This document shows positions 7,608-18,005 of a stretch of 32,684 nucleotides of DNA, piece after piece. The position numbers were made by a program, and so were the translations under genes. Numbering within the stretch: the first letter of the stretch is position 1; each line of letters begins with the position of its first letter. Source of the DNA: a virus (taxonomy: Duplodnaviria > Caudoviricetes); the IMG/VR virus record IMGVR_UViG_3300013120_000186, positions 1 to 32,684 of that record. One strand, written 5' to 3'. The notes below the pieces were generated by a model that did not search any database, was not told the origin of the DNA, and saw nothing but the letters and a program-made list of their open reading frames with translations.

Positions 7608-9299
7608 TTATAATACCTTCACCTGTTCGCATACAATCCTACCATCCCAATACTTTCTTTCCCACGGTGATGGAGATAACTGCGGAATAATGGAAAACAA
7701 TCTCCCTCTGGTCATCCGGTACATATCCAGATTATCCGTGTCAGATAACCGCTCCATTGCTGTGGAGGTCTCATCCCAATCCGCTGCGGATATTACCACC
7801 TCTGAAATTATGCCGTTGGCTGTCTCTTCACTTCCATATTCTGTTCCAATAGTCACCATATTAAAATGGCAGAGCGGTTCCAATCCAGCAGTGGCTGTAC
7901 AGGTGGTTGTACTGGTACCTCCAACCTCTCTTATGGAACCGGATACAGTATATGTTCCGTTATTAAAACCCACCACCAGAGCCGCCACATACTCGCTGCC
8001 CAAAGTATGCGTGAAGTTCCCCTCTGCCTTTAATACATTGTTCTGATAGACTGTTATTTTTGTGGAAGTACTGCCCTCTAATATAGCAAGCATTACATCA
8101 TTACCGGTGTTGTTATTCCGGAGCGTGAAAACAGGTCTCACCCTGTCGTCAGTATTCACCGGATATAGAGGTGCCACCAGTCCGGATATCATCACCGCTG
8201 TATCATTTTCAACAGCCACTTCTGAATGGTATAAATCCGCTCCAAAAGTACCGGTGCCCTCTAAATCAGTGTCATCTATTTCACCGGTTGTACCTGTACC
8301 ACTGGAGCCCATAAATGCTGGATAATATTTGATGTCCTCTGTATCACTTTTCACTAATTGCGGAGCGGTGAATTCACCATATGTAGCACTCCCAGCGGTG
8401 ATGTTCACCTCTAATCTTATGCCAAGACAGGCACCTGCCGGCACCTCCACCTCTTGATGTTCATATCCGGAACCGGCTGTATGTGTAAATGTAGTAGTGG
8501 AGACACCTACAAAATTGAGTGCCACTTCTATACTTCCATCACACCGCCAGCCATAAGAGAAAGCCATATATTTACCAGCCGGTGGACAGGTCATCAAATC
8601 ACTCCTCCACTGAAAATGCCGGTCTGATGTCCACACCGCCGGAACACCCATCCAGCCAGAAGTGATTACACCTCCGGTTGTTGGCGGTGAAGCCGGTTCA
8701 GTGTAATCCCAATCTGCCGGCACTCCGGAGGTAACATCACCCAGCAGAGAATTGTCCACTGAGTTTTCTCGTGGACGCAATAATAATGCCCCTCTTCCAA
8801 GAGTTAATTCAGCAGAGGTTCCTGCCGCCGTGGGAATATTATTGCTGAATATTCCGGTCTCATAATCATACTCTTTCAGATACCAGCCGGCTCCTGCGTC
8901 TGCCTCCGGAATATACACCACAGTATTCGCATCTATAGAGCCATTATATGACAGGTTTTTGCTATCCCCACCATAACCTATACACAACGGATAATATGCC
9001 TGTATAGAGCCGGATATATGCGGATAAATGTATATACGCAGTCCACGCCGCCGCACCTCCTCTAATATCCGGACATTTTCAGCGGATAACTTAGTCACTC
9101 CCAGTTTTATTGTTCTCCTGTCTTCACCCAATCGGAACACTTCAACATTCCCATTCGCCAATTCCAACCGCTCCTCATTTGGAGATAACTCCACCACCGG
9201 TATCGGCAGCCGGTTTAACCGCTGAAATATTCGTGGCTGTGTTCCCACCTCCGTCACTATATCGCAGGTTAATGAGGATGCCTGTGTATATTTATCCAA
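7608..9299 (-). CDS. Distal tail-like protein with inserted beta-sandwich/carbohydrate-binding domains
   Basis: Directly after the tape measure gene; Thr/Gly-rich beta composition in the middle, with compact N- and C-terminal parts. Confidence 0.6.
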   Translation of the reverse strand: MDKYTQASSLTCDIVTEVGTQPRIFQRLNRLPIPVVELSPNEERLELANGNVEVFRLGEDRRTIKLGVTKLSAENVRILEEVRRRGLRIYIYPHISGSIQAYYPLCIGYGGDSKNLSYNGSIDANTVVYIPEADAGAGWYLKEYDYETGIFSNNIPTAAGTSAELTLGRGALLLRPRENSVDNSLLGDVTSGVPADWDYTEPASPPTTGGVITSGWMGVPAVWTSDRHFQWRSDLMTCPPAGKYMAFSYGWRCDGSIEVALNFVGVSTTTFTHTAGSGYEHQEVEVPAGACLGIRLEVNITAGSATYGEFTAPQLVKSDTEDIKYYPAFMGSSGTGTTGEIDDTDLEGTGTFGADLYHSEVAVENDTAVMISGLVAPLYPVNTDDRVRPVFTLRNNNTGNDVMLAILEGSTSTKITVYQNNVLKAEGNFTHTLGSEYVAALVVGFNNGTYTVSGSIREVGGTSTTTCTATAGLEPLCHFNMVTIGTEYGSEETANGIISEVVISAADWDETSTAMERLSDTDNLDMYRMTRGRLFSIIPQLSPSPWERKYWDGRIVCEQVKVL

Positions 9300-12123
9300 T
9301 GGTCACTCCCTGCTGTCTTAGAACCTGTATAATCTGCCTGCCAGCCTGTGTCATTTCCGCTTGACTGGCTGACCCAAATAACGGTCTGTAATTCATCTGT
9401 ATATTCACGATACCTCCGGAACCGGAACCGGTCTGCTCAGCCAACACCTGCTCTCTTGGAATAACACGCTCACCACGCTCCAGAAGATATAAATGCCTGT
9501 CTCCATATGCTCCGGTATCTGGGACATATTCACCGCCCTGTGCGTGCCGGATTATACCACCACCCTGCTTGCCTTTGCCAGCGGCTGAAAACAGGTTCCC
9601 AAACAGAGAACCGCCGGCACCCAACACACCTCCGGAAAATATATTCAGCACCATCAAAAATACTTTCTGAGACACTACTCGCACTAACTGCTTAATCAGA
9701 TTATCAGCCCAACGGTCAACACCCTCTTCACCCTCTGTTAATGCGGTTGAAACTCCAACGCCAAACTGGTCAAAGATACTCGCCATATCTCCCACGACAC
9801 TCATATTTTTATCGTGTAACCGCTGCTGTTTCTGGGCAATCCTATCTTCCAGTGCCTCCTGTTCCTGATAGGAAGTTATTTTTGCCTGTCGTGCCTCTTC
9901 TATATTAGCCATTTCCAAATCGTGTAACGCCTGCTGTCTGTCCGCTTCTGTTTCATCTATTGCCAACTGTAATTCTTCAAGTCCTGTATATGCTTCAGCC
10001 AGTTCATTTAACCGCTCTATTTCAGCATCATATTCCGCATTGATTGCATCCACACCCTCCAGCCGTGCCTCTTGCCTGCTCTGTATCTCTTCTCGCAATG
10101 CTGCCTGTACTTCTATAAGTGTAGCAACGGTTGTGATTACCCCTCCTACTGATACGCCATACTCTTCAGCACCCTCCGTGGCTGCATTTATCGCCAGAAG
10201 TTCTGAGGCAAAACTCTCCACCAGAGCATCTTTAGTCTGTTGATATTGCTCCTCACTATTCGCCAAATCTTCTGTGGACTGTCCCCAAGTCCAGCCGGCT
10301 TTTAGATTAGTGTCTATTGCATCAGAGTATTGCTGTACCGCATCCGCTCCGGTCATCCAGCCCTCAGTGACTGCTAATTTTAAGTTCTCACCCAATGTTC
10401 TCTGACCGATTAGAGCATCATCAAGTATACCATCGGCATACTCCAGCCCCTCTGCTAAATCCATTTGCCTCTCGTGGCTTAGTTCGAGCAGAAAATTATA
10501 TGCGTCCAGCGTGTCATTATACTCCTGTAAATGACGCTCAAAATCTTCTACATCAGCACCCCAAGTCGGGTCAATAAAATCTTCCAGCACAGGTTCCGGC
10601 ATAGCAGTTATCAAATCTTCCAATCGCTCTTGATGTTCTATCTCGTCAGCCAGTGCCTCGTTTAACTCGCCCACCTCGTCACCATACACTGATGTGAGTA
10701 TAGCACCACGCTCTCTTGCCTCTGCTAAAGTGATTTCACCATTCAGATATTGTAGTGTTAAGTTTATTTGATTTTGTTGCATCTCCTCTAAAGCAGAACC
10801 ATACACCGCTGCTATCAAATCCTCATACGCTGCTTTGGCTGCTATAGTCGCTGTTGACTGTGCTCCAAACGCCAGAGCATTCGCATAAACCTTTGCGGTT
10901 ATATCTGCTATTGCGGTGGAAAAATCGGCACCATCCCCTATGGCTTCTGCCCACGAGTCAGCAAGGTTTTCTGCCTCTGTCGTGGCTGTTGCTTCTGCCT
11001 CTGCTAACTCCTCCAAAGCCGCTTTGGCAGGATACATCCAATTCACCACTCCCTCTAATGCTTCAGAGAGTAGTGTAAGTGGGCCAGTTGCTGCGTACAT
11101 TACCACTGCTATAAAGTCCGCCATTATTTCTATAATCGGTGTTATTGCCGGAGTAACCATTTCAAGCACCGGAACCAGTACATCAGCCAGAACGGTGACA
11201 AGGTTCCCAAACTCCGCTGTCAGCGGTTCTATAGCATCCAAAACAGTTTCAATAACCGGTAATAAAGCATTAAATAAATTGAGCACTGTATCCACGATAT
11301 TTCCGGTAAAATCTGCTTCCAATAAGCCCTCTGCCATATGCCCAAATAGTATTGTCACCGCTTCTAATATCGGTGCGAGTTGTGGCAGAGTTTTCTCTGC
11401 CATATCCATCATTACATCCATCACACCCATCAATGGCTCTAATATCGGCACCAAAGCATCAGCCGCAAAACCTTTGAGGGCAAAGGATACATCAGTCATC
11501 GCATCCGCATATGTCTTTAATTTTCCCACCTGCTCGTCAGATAATGCGTGTCCAAATTCTTCAAACTGTCCTTGGGCATTCCGGAGAGAACCATCAAATT
11601 GTTCCAGTGCTGCGAGTATAGAGGACATCCCCCTGCCGCCAAACATTACCATTCCAATTTCTGTTCTGCGTACTTCATCCTGAACCCCTGCCAGTGCCTC
11701 TGCTAAAATATGAAAAGTCTCCTCCGGTGATTTGGCTTCTAAGTCCTCATACGCCAGTCCCAAATCTGGGAGGTATTGCGTGTATGTTTTCATACCCTGT
11801 TCTAAGTACCCTACAAACCGTGCCTGTGTACGCAATGCCATTGATAAGTTCCGTGTTGAACCTCCTGCCTGCTCTATTCCATAAGACAGCCCCTGCAGTG
11901 CCTGTATTCCAATTCCAGTAGCATCCGACATATCGTATATTGAAGCACCATAATCAGCCAGTTTCTTGGCTGCTAATAAGGTGGCTGTTGCTACAGCGGT
12001 AATTGCTATTGCGGCATTTCTCGCAGTCCTTCCAAACCGCTGTAAGCCCTGTCCAGTTCTGCGAAGTGGCCCACTCAGATTATCTCGCAGTGTAGCTATC
12101 AATTCCACTCTATTTTGAGCCAT
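9292..12123 (-). CDS. Tail tape measure protein
   Basis: 943 aa, Ala/Leu/Glu helical; N-terminal IATLRDNLSGPL; periodic Pro-hydrophobic repeats; C-terminal HAQGGEYVP...LLERGERVIP. Confidence 0.93.
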   Translation of the reverse strand: MAQNRVELIATLRDNLSGPLRRTGQGLQRFGRTARNAAIAITAVATATLLAAKKLADYGASIYDMSDATGIGIQALQGLSYGIEQAGGSTRNLSMALRTQARFVGYLEQGMKTYTQYLPDLGLAYEDLEAKSPEETFHILAEALAGVQDEVRRTEIGMVMFGGRGMSSILAALEQFDGSLRNAQGQFEEFGHALSDEQVGKLKTYADAMTDVSFALKGFAADALVPILEPLMGVMDVMMDMAEKTLPQLAPILEAVTILFGHMAEGLLEADFTGNIVDTVLNLFNALLPVIETVLDAIEPLTAEFGNLVTVLADVLVPVLEMVTPAITPIIEIMADFIAVVMYAATGPLTLLSEALEGVVNWMYPAKAALEELAEAEATATTEAENLADSWAEAIGDGADFSTAIADITAKVYANALAFGAQSTATIAAKAAYEDLIAAVYGSALEEMQQNQINLTLQYLNGEITLAEARERGAILTSVYGDEVGELNEALADEIEHQERLEDLITAMPEPVLEDFIDPTWGADVEDFERHLQEYNDTLDAYNFLLELSHERQMDLAEGLEYADGILDDALIGQRTLGENLKLAVTEGWMTGADAVQQYSDAIDTNLKAGWTWGQSTEDLANSEEQYQQTKDALVESFASELLAINAATEGAEEYGVSVGGVITTVATLIEVQAALREEIQSRQEARLEGVDAINAEYDAEIERLNELAEAYTGLEELQLAIDETEADRQQALHDLEMANIEEARQAKITSYQEQEALEDRIAQKQQRLHDKNMSVVGDMASIFDQFGVGVSTALTEGEEGVDRWADNLIKQLVRVVSQKVFLMVLNIFSGGVLGAGGSLFGNLFSAAGKGKQGGGIIRHAQGGEYVPDTGAYGDRHLYLLERGERVIPREQVLAEQTGSGSGGIVNIQMNYRPLFGSASQAEMTQAGRQIIQVLRQQGVTIG

Positions 12124-12673
12124 CGGTTTGCCTCCTCTTCTCTGCTTCAGATACTTCTATAATTGCGAGTACCCTCCCCAGTTCTGAATCAGTCCACCGC
12201 TCTATTTCCAGCGGTGATATTCCATACCTCTGAGCAATGGTGTCTATGTATAATGCTATCCGCTTCTGTCCCTCAAATAATTGGCGTTGAGTATCTGGAT
12301 TGTATGCGGTTCTATTAGTGCCATAAAAACGGCTGTCAGACAATTCAATTATTTGCTGAAACGCATAAGCAATATCATCATCTGGAATATCTAAAATTGA
12401 AAGTGTTTCCGCTCCGGATAATTCGCTGCCCTCCGGTACTATTTTGGGAGATACAGAACAGGCACATAATACTTCCCCTGCCTGTTTCATTATCAGGTCT
12501 GCCTCTTCATCGGTGAGCAGCTCCTCAGAGCCGTGTTTGATAAGAGGTGCAAGCCCAGCATTCAGCATATCTATGCCCCTGTATGCTCGCACCTCTATGT
12601 TCACATTGAGGACAGGCAATGTGACTATTCTTCTGGACAACTCCCTGATTTTATTCGCTGTAGAAGTTCCCAC
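12110..12673 (-). CDS. Tail assembly chaperone
   Basis: Between tail tube and tape measure genes; C-terminal IAQRYGISPLEIERWTDSEL resembles gpT-like segments. Confidence 0.7.
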   Translation of the reverse strand: MGTSTANKIRELSRRIVTLPVLNVNIEVRAYRGIDMLNAGLAPLIKHGSEELLTDEEADLIMKQAGEVLCACSVSPKIVPEGSELSGAETLSILDIPDDDIAYAFQQIIELSDSRFYGTNRTAYNPDTQRQLFEGQKRIALYIDTIAQRYGISPLEIERWTDSELGRVLAIIEVSEAEKRRQTDGSK

Positions 12674-12691
12674 ATTTATACTCCTCTTTCC

Positions 12692-13678
12692 TTATGCGAT
12701 AGTGTGGGTGTTCTTCATTACTACTGCGAGTACATCTGTAGTGCCGTTTGTTGCTTTCATTGAAACGCTCCGTGTCTCTCTGCCCCACGCTCCGATAGGT
12801 CTGGAGGCACTGTCTATGAAACTGTCTCCAAACTGAATTGAAAGTTCCCTCTCACTCGCACCGGCACCGCCGTTATTCCAGACAAATTTATTGTCGCCAG
12901 TCCATTCCGCAGTAGTATCTCCGGTGAGTGTATAGGCAGCAGCATCCATCCGGATGTCAAATTTCCAAGAGACATCTCGCACACCGCTTCTGCCTATAAA
13001 GTTCAGTGTTGCCGGAGCGGTGGCTGCGTGGTCAAAATCACCCTCTGATAAAGATGCTCCAATATCAAAACCGATGGAACCCAACCGGTATGTTGTTGTG
13101 CCGTTCAGAGTGGGTGTAAAGTGATTCCATTTAACCGGTTCCGTGTCTGTAACTGATGAAAGAGTATTGTTTGTAGTTCTGGTCATCGCAGTGGCTAATC
13201 CGGACACGGTCATTTCAGCATTCCCCTCCGGTGATTCAGAGATACTTATTGCTGTCACGCAGGCATTCGCAAATACCTCTTTGATAATCTCTCCGCTGTT
13301 CGCTTTCTGGTCAGAATATTCTACTGCCAGTGAGCCAAACTTAACTTTATCTGCGAGTGCAAATGTATGTGTAATCGGTGCCGCTCCGGCAGAAGTTATC
13401 GCACCACCCATAATGAGTTCATATAACTTCTCTCTGTATGAGTAAGACATCACTGTTGTAAGTGTCCAAGTATAGTATAATCCACCTACCACATAATCAG
13501 TGGGGTCAACATCCAACTCCTCTATAATTGATTTGTTGTTCCGTGGCTCATAGGTAAACCCACCGGCTTTGATTTTTAGATATTCATAAGAACCGGCAGT
13601 CTGTCCAAAAGTGGTGCCGTCCACCTCTGCGTTTATAGCAACACCCACCCTCGCATTTTGTCCAATAAAATACGCCAT
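12692..13678 (-). CDS. Major tail tube protein
   Basis: Size, position and Thr/Gly/Ala beta-rich composition; THTFALAD motif; no sheath gene nearby. Confidence 0.8.
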   Translation of the reverse strand: MAYFIGQNARVGVAINAEVDGTTFGQTAGSYEYLKIKAGGFTYEPRNNKSIIEELDVDPTDYVVGGLYYTWTLTTVMSYSYREKLYELIMGGAITSAGAAPITHTFALADKVKFGSLAVEYSDQKANSGEIIKEVFANACVTAISISESPEGNAEMTVSGLATAMTRTTNNTLSSVTDTEPVKWNHFTPTLNGTTTYRLGSIGFDIGASLSEGDFDHAATAPATLNFIGRSGVRDVSWKFDIRMDAAAYTLTGDTTAEWTGDNKFVWNNGGAGASERELSIQFGDSFIDSASRPIGAWGRETRSVSMKATNGTTDVLAVVMKNTHTIA

Positions 13679-13861
13679 TTATTTGCCTCCTGTTTTCTTA
13701 GTTTTCTCCGGTTTAATCTGCTCCCAAAATCCCTCTGCTATCCGTGCATTCGCTTCACGCTCCGGTACTTTGATTTCATCATCCGGTTTTATTCGCACCG
13801 GCTTTCCGTCCACCACTACTTTCAGCGGTATGGTGCCTGTATATTTTAGTTTCTGACTCAT
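13679..13861 (-). CDS. Small hypothetical virion-associated protein, 60 aa
   Basis: Fills the gap exactly; GGAGG RBS. Confidence 0.7.
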   Translation of the reverse strand: MSQKLKYTGTIPLKVVVDGKPVRIKPDDEIKVPEREANARIAEGFWEQIKPEKTKKTGGK

Positions 13862-13862
13862 C

Positions 13863-14297
13863 TTATCCCTCCATTATTCTACACACCAATTTCATTGATG
13901 CGGTTATTCCCATTTGGGTGTCTATCACTTTGCTCACCGTGCTCATATATGCCCACTCTATATCTTCCTCATCAAAGATAGGATAACCGGAATTGGGGAC
14001 ATTACACGCCGCCTCTATTTCTGACACCGCAGTGTCTATCAGTTCATCTTGCTGCTCGTCACTTTCTCCTCTGGCTATCACGCCAATGATATATTCTCCG
14101 GTTCTGGCTGGAGTGTCCGGCACCAGCCCTCTTGCCTCGTCATATACCAATCCGGAAAATGTCACCACCGCTGCTACTTTGTAAGCGGTCTGCGATAGTG
14201 CTTCAGATATATTCTGAGTGATGAGATAATCACCGGATAATTCTGACTGTAAGTGCGACACTATTGACGCTCCAATACCTCTATAATCTACACTCAA
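13863..14297 (-). CDS. Tail terminator-like protein
   Basis: Position and size in the neck module. Confidence 0.55.
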   Translation of the reverse strand: MSVDYRGIGASIVSHLQSELSGDYLITQNISEALSQTAYKVAAVVTFSGLVYDEARGLVPDTPARTGEYIIGVIARGESDEQQDELIDTAVSEIEAACNVPNSGYPIFDEEDIEWAYMSTVSKVIDTQMGITASMKLVCRIMEG

Positions 14298-14764
14298 TTC
14301 ATATACCTCCGGCAGAGTTCATTGAACAAACTTCTGGCGTGCTCCTCTGCGTAGTTTTTCGCTGGCAAGAACGGTCTGGCTGGCATACCGGTTTTTGTTC
14401 CCTCCTCTGTGAATATTGAATATTCTTTTGGGGAGCCGACACGCACCAAACCTCTGCCCCTGTTCATCTCCTGCGAGATAGAACGCCGCATTGCTCCAGT
14501 CAGAATATTAGCCAATCCGCTCTTTCCGTGTTCTAGTTTCCACTCCGCATATTTGGCATTCAGTGGTGCCCACGCAGCCCCACCTCCCTGCTTCTGGTCA
14601 TCAAACGCTTTCAGTCCCTCACGAAGCATCCACGCAGCCATACGCACCAGCCATTTCCGCTCCACCACATCATAATCACCCTTGACCCATCGTGCCCAGT
14701 TCCGCAGAACCTCTTTAGAGGTGTTTGTAAACCGGAGTGATGTGCCTCCATAATCGGTGGTCAT
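14294..14764 (-). CDS. Virion morphogenesis/tail completion protein (Mu gpG / P2 gpS-like)
   Basis: WAPL...LTGAMRRSI...VGSPKEYS...GT...MPARPFL. Confidence 0.85.
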   Translation of the reverse strand: MTTDYGGTSLRFTNTSKEVLRNWARWVKGDYDVVERKWLVRMAAWMLREGLKAFDDQKQGGGAAWAPLNAKYAEWKLEHGKSGLANILTGAMRRSISQEMNRGRGLVRVGSPKEYSIFTEEGTKTGMPARPFLPAKNYAEEHARSLFNELCRRYMN

Positions 14765-15561
14765 CTGTCAAAATCCCTCGTGGTATCGTGAGCCCAATTT
14801 ATGGGGTCACTCATATCGGCAATGGGATAAGAACCGGATGGACTGCTCACCGGTGCTCCGGATATTTTACTGAGTGCGGTTCCGGTGCTATCTGTTAGAG
14901 TTCCGGAGCGGATAGAATTGTATCCACTCTCCAGTAAATCATCGTAATCACTTCTGGCATTCCCTGTACTGGAGCCGCTGAGTGCGGACACTGACTGCCC
15001 TGCCATAAGTATAGATGCCGCTTTCCAACAATTCATTAGTATTAAAATCTCAAATGTTCTGCTGCCTCCGGTAAATGCTGTAAGAGTGATATTAGCACTG
15101 TCAGTTGTCAATCCTGTATTATTCCCCTCGTCACCGGCTTTCCTCGCATATAAGGTGATTATGGCACTGTCTCGCAGAGAATACACAGTGGTGTTAATTC
15201 CGGTACTGGTGTGATATTCTCCTGTGGACAGATTATTGATAGCACTGTGAATATTTAATGCCGTGTCCTCTTTTGTTGAACCTATTTTGACCTCATCTTC
15301 TGCCGTTGGAGTTCCAGAGACAAAAGTGTAAACCTGCGAACCTATTGTAAGTGTTTCACCAGCAACCGGATTAGCAGTCAGTTCCACCCCTCCGGTTGCT
15401 GTATTAGATATAGGTGCTGAATAGGTGTCCGCTAACTTCATTTCAATCTCTTGACTGGCTGCGGATAATGTACTCAAAATCACCTTATCGGTATAAGATG
15501 AATTGCTGAATACAGGCAACCGGTTTTGTAAATCAGTGATGCTCGCAAAACTCATATTCAC
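14761..15561 (-). CDS. Head-tail adaptor (Mu gp36-like) with an inserted beta domain
   Basis: N-terminal FASITDLQNRL...ASQEIEMKLADTYSAPI adaptor pattern; follows the capsid gene. Confidence 0.65.
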   Translation of the reverse strand: MNMSFASITDLQNRLPVFSNSSYTDKVILSTLSAASQEIEMKLADTYSAPISNTATGGVELTANPVAGETLTIGSQVYTFVSGTPTAEDEVKIGSTKEDTALNIHSAINNLSTGEYHTSTGINTTVYSLRDSAIITLYARKAGDEGNNTGLTTDSANITLTAFTGGSRTFEILILMNCWKAASILMAGQSVSALSGSSTGNARSDYDDLLESGYNSIRSGTLTDSTGTALSKISGAPVSSPSGSYPIADMSDPINWAHDTTRDFDR

Positions 15562-15578
15562 TCAACCCCTCTAATGTT

Positions 15579-16493
15579 TTATGTAAGCACGCTGTATCTC
15601 TGATATCCAGCAGTCTCATCAGTTGCTACACGGTCACGACAATCACGCAGAATAAACTTAGTGCCTGCTGGGTCAATTAAAACCTCTTTGGCTGTCTTGG
15701 TCAACTTAGTATTCCGCACGGTGTACTGGAATGATGGAGCATTCTGCGAGTTCGCAGGTGAGCGGTAAAACATCCAGCAATATCCGGTTCCCCAGATTTG
15801 AGCCATACTGCTATCTTTCCGCTTGGCTGCACTATCGTACTGAGCCAGCCCCACGTGAATTTCAGGCACACCCATCCAGTTAGCAATCTCCGTACCGTCA
15901 GCAAGTTTAGAGCTGCCACCGGCCATCCGCTGGTCAGCAACAAACTCTTGAAGAAACAGGAATACATCCGGAGATACTACGCAGACATTTGGCAATCTTC
16001 CCACGCTGGTAAGGATGGTGGATTTCATCGTGGTAATATCAGCCGCTGGGTCGCCACTGGCGGCATCCCATTTTGTTCCGGGAGTTCCCTTGTTAGTGAA
16101 GTTAGTACCGGTGGTCATCCAGTCAGCCACTTCCAGTTCCTGTTCTATCTGCATACTTTCCTGCAAATCTTCCATACCGTGAGTAACAAGAGATATAGGC
16201 AAATCACTCTGCAATTCTATCTCCTCCGGTATGAATACAGAACCCTTATGAACCTCGCAGGAGAATGATATTGTGCTGACATCACTATCCACTGCGGTTG
16301 CTGGTGAATATGCTCCGGTTTTGAAGTTCAAATGTTTCTTATGTTTTGTGCCAAACTTTGGAATATATCCGTTGCTGGAAGTAGTGTTAATCACCGGTGC
16401 TATCTTATCCCAAATATAGAGTTCATTGCGATATGATAGAGCCGTCTTTGTTACGATATTAGTCAGTTGGACATCTGTCAAATTTATAGCCAT
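15579..16493 (-). CDS. Major capsid protein (HK97 fold)
   Basis: LSYRNELYIWDKIAPVI, KWDAASGDPAADI, GRLPNVCVVSPDVF motifs; position after the decoration and scaffold genes. Confidence 0.88.
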   Translation of the reverse strand: MAINLTDVQLTNIVTKTALSYRNELYIWDKIAPVINTTSSNGYIPKFGTKHKKHLNFKTGAYSPATAVDSDVSTISFSCEVHKGSVFIPEEIELQSDLPISLVTHGMEDLQESMQIEQELEVADWMTTGTNFTNKGTPGTKWDAASGDPAADITTMKSTILTSVGRLPNVCVVSPDVFLFLQEFVADQRMAGGSSKLADGTEIANWMGVPEIHVGLAQYDSAAKRKDSSMAQIWGTGYCWMFYRSPANSQNAPSFQYTVRNTKLTKTAKEVLIDPAGTKFILRDCRDRVATDETAGYQRYSVLT

Positions 16494-16509
16494 TTTATTT
16501 TCTCCTCTC

Positions 16510-16914
16510 CTATGTGGTGCTTACAGAACCGTGTGTAAGAATAACAAGGATATAATCACCAGCAGCGGCTGATGCCTCCAGTGCCATTGCTCCATATAAA
16601 TCCTTGTCTGTATCCGCTTTAACCCCAACGCCACTTGCATCGCTTTTGAGATAATCTCCCACTGCGATAGCAGTGCCGGAACCGTCAACCTTGAGTATGA
16701 ACATACCGCTGAATTTCACATCGCAATATGATTCATCTGCTACACCGGATACAAGTATGCCTGCCGGCTGTTCACCGGCTCCAGTGATGACGATTTCACT
16801 GCTGTCTATTTCAACAAACTTGTAAGCACCGTTTGCTAAGTTCTCACCAGCGGGAAAGCCACTGAATATTCCATATTCAAATTCTTTACTGCTGACATCA
16901 TTTAATGCTGCCAT
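16510..16914 (-). CDS. Capsid decoration/cement protein (DUF2190-like)
   Basis: IAVGDYLKSDASGVGV...GAMALEASAAAGDYILVIL. Confidence 0.8.
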   Translation of the reverse strand: MAALNDVSSKEFEYGIFSGFPAGENLANGAYKFVEIDSSEIVITGAGEQPAGILVSGVADESYCDVKFSGMFILKVDGSGTAIAVGDYLKSDASGVGVKADTDKDLYGAMALEASAAAGDYILVILTHGSVSTT

Positions 16915-18005
16915 TATTTTCCTCCAATTATCTGATTACGCTTCTCCGGATTGGCTGCCATCCATATATCAACCGCTGACGCTTTTGTTATATTTTTCTC
17001 AGCCATTATCCTGTCGCAATCCGTGTTCATTTCAGCATATATCTCTTCTGTTTTATCTCCAGTATTTTCCACCGGTGATATTTCCAGTTTACCGGCTTTT
17101 GCCCTCACCGGTTTTAATGTTCTGTTCATTGCTTCCAAAACTGGCTGTGCTCCAGCACCGTCTGTTGCTAATGATTTTTCCAATTCCATCCGCTCTGCCG
17201 GTAATAGTTTTGTGAGCACCTGCCTCAGAAGTTCCGTCACTCCGGTCTGCTGTTCCGGTTCCGGTTCTGACACAGGTTCATCCCCTGCCTCCACCTCCGG
17301 TCCAACATCCTTATCGGTGGCAGCAGTCTCCAATTCCGGCTCCGTGCTTGCCTCCTCTTCTGGTGCCTCCTCTTCTGCCGGCTCCTCTTCCATTCCGCTC
17401 TCCTCTATTGCCTTCACTCTTGTATCAAGTTCATTCAACTTCTGTAAGAGTTCTGCCAACTTCTCTTCCACAATTATACCTCCCTGTATATTGTCTTTAG
17501 ATGCTATGAAAGTGATAGTGTCTCCAGCATCTTTGCTGGCTGCTATTTTCTCTGGTGGCACAGCCGGTAAAACTCCAGCCGGCAGTATTGCCCACGCAGT
17601 CACTTCCATTGTTAATTTCCGGTCTCCATAATAAGCACTATTGGTGACATCGTAGCCACCTTCCAATGACAGTTGCATAGTACGCTGTTCCAATGCTTCT
17701 CTCATCCGCTCCTGCGTGGCTACGATGCGTGAACCCTCTCCAGTATCTGTTTCAGCATCGTGGAGTAAAACAAGGTCAGCATATAATTCTCCTGCCTCTG
17801 TCATCGCATTGATTATCGTGCCAACCGGTATTGCTTCAGCATCCTGCCTGTGGGTATATTTGAGAGCAACCGGAACCCCCAATAATGCCCTCCGGTTAAT
17901 GCACCATTCAATATCTCTAATGTTCTCTGCAGTGACCTTAAACTGTCCGTTGGCACCGCTGTAAGTACCCTCACGAAGTAGCCACTGTTTCATTAATCTT
18001 TCCAT
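16914..18005 (-). CDS. Prohead protease/scaffold (Mu gpI-like)
   Basis: N-terminal protease-like part (YTH, PVGTI, GELYADL, LSLE, PAVP) followed by an acidic coiled-coil scaffold. Confidence 0.75.
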   Translation of the reverse strand: MERLMKQWLLREGTYSGANGQFKVTAENIRDIEWCINRRALLGVPVALKYTHRQDAEAIPVGTIINAMTEAGELYADLVLLHDAETDTGEGSRIVATQERMREALEQRTMQLSLEGGYDVTNSAYYGDRKLTMEVTAWAILPAGVLPAVPPEKIAASKDAGDTITFIASKDNIQGGIIVEEKLAELLQKLNELDTRVKAIEESGMEEEPAEEEAPEEEASTEPELETAATDKDVGPEVEAGDEPVSEPEPEQQTGVTELLRQVLTKLLPAERMELEKSLATDGAGAQPVLEAMNRTLKPVRAKAGKLEISPVENTGDKTEEIYAEMNTDCDRIMAEKNITKASAVDIWMAANPEKRNQIIGGK

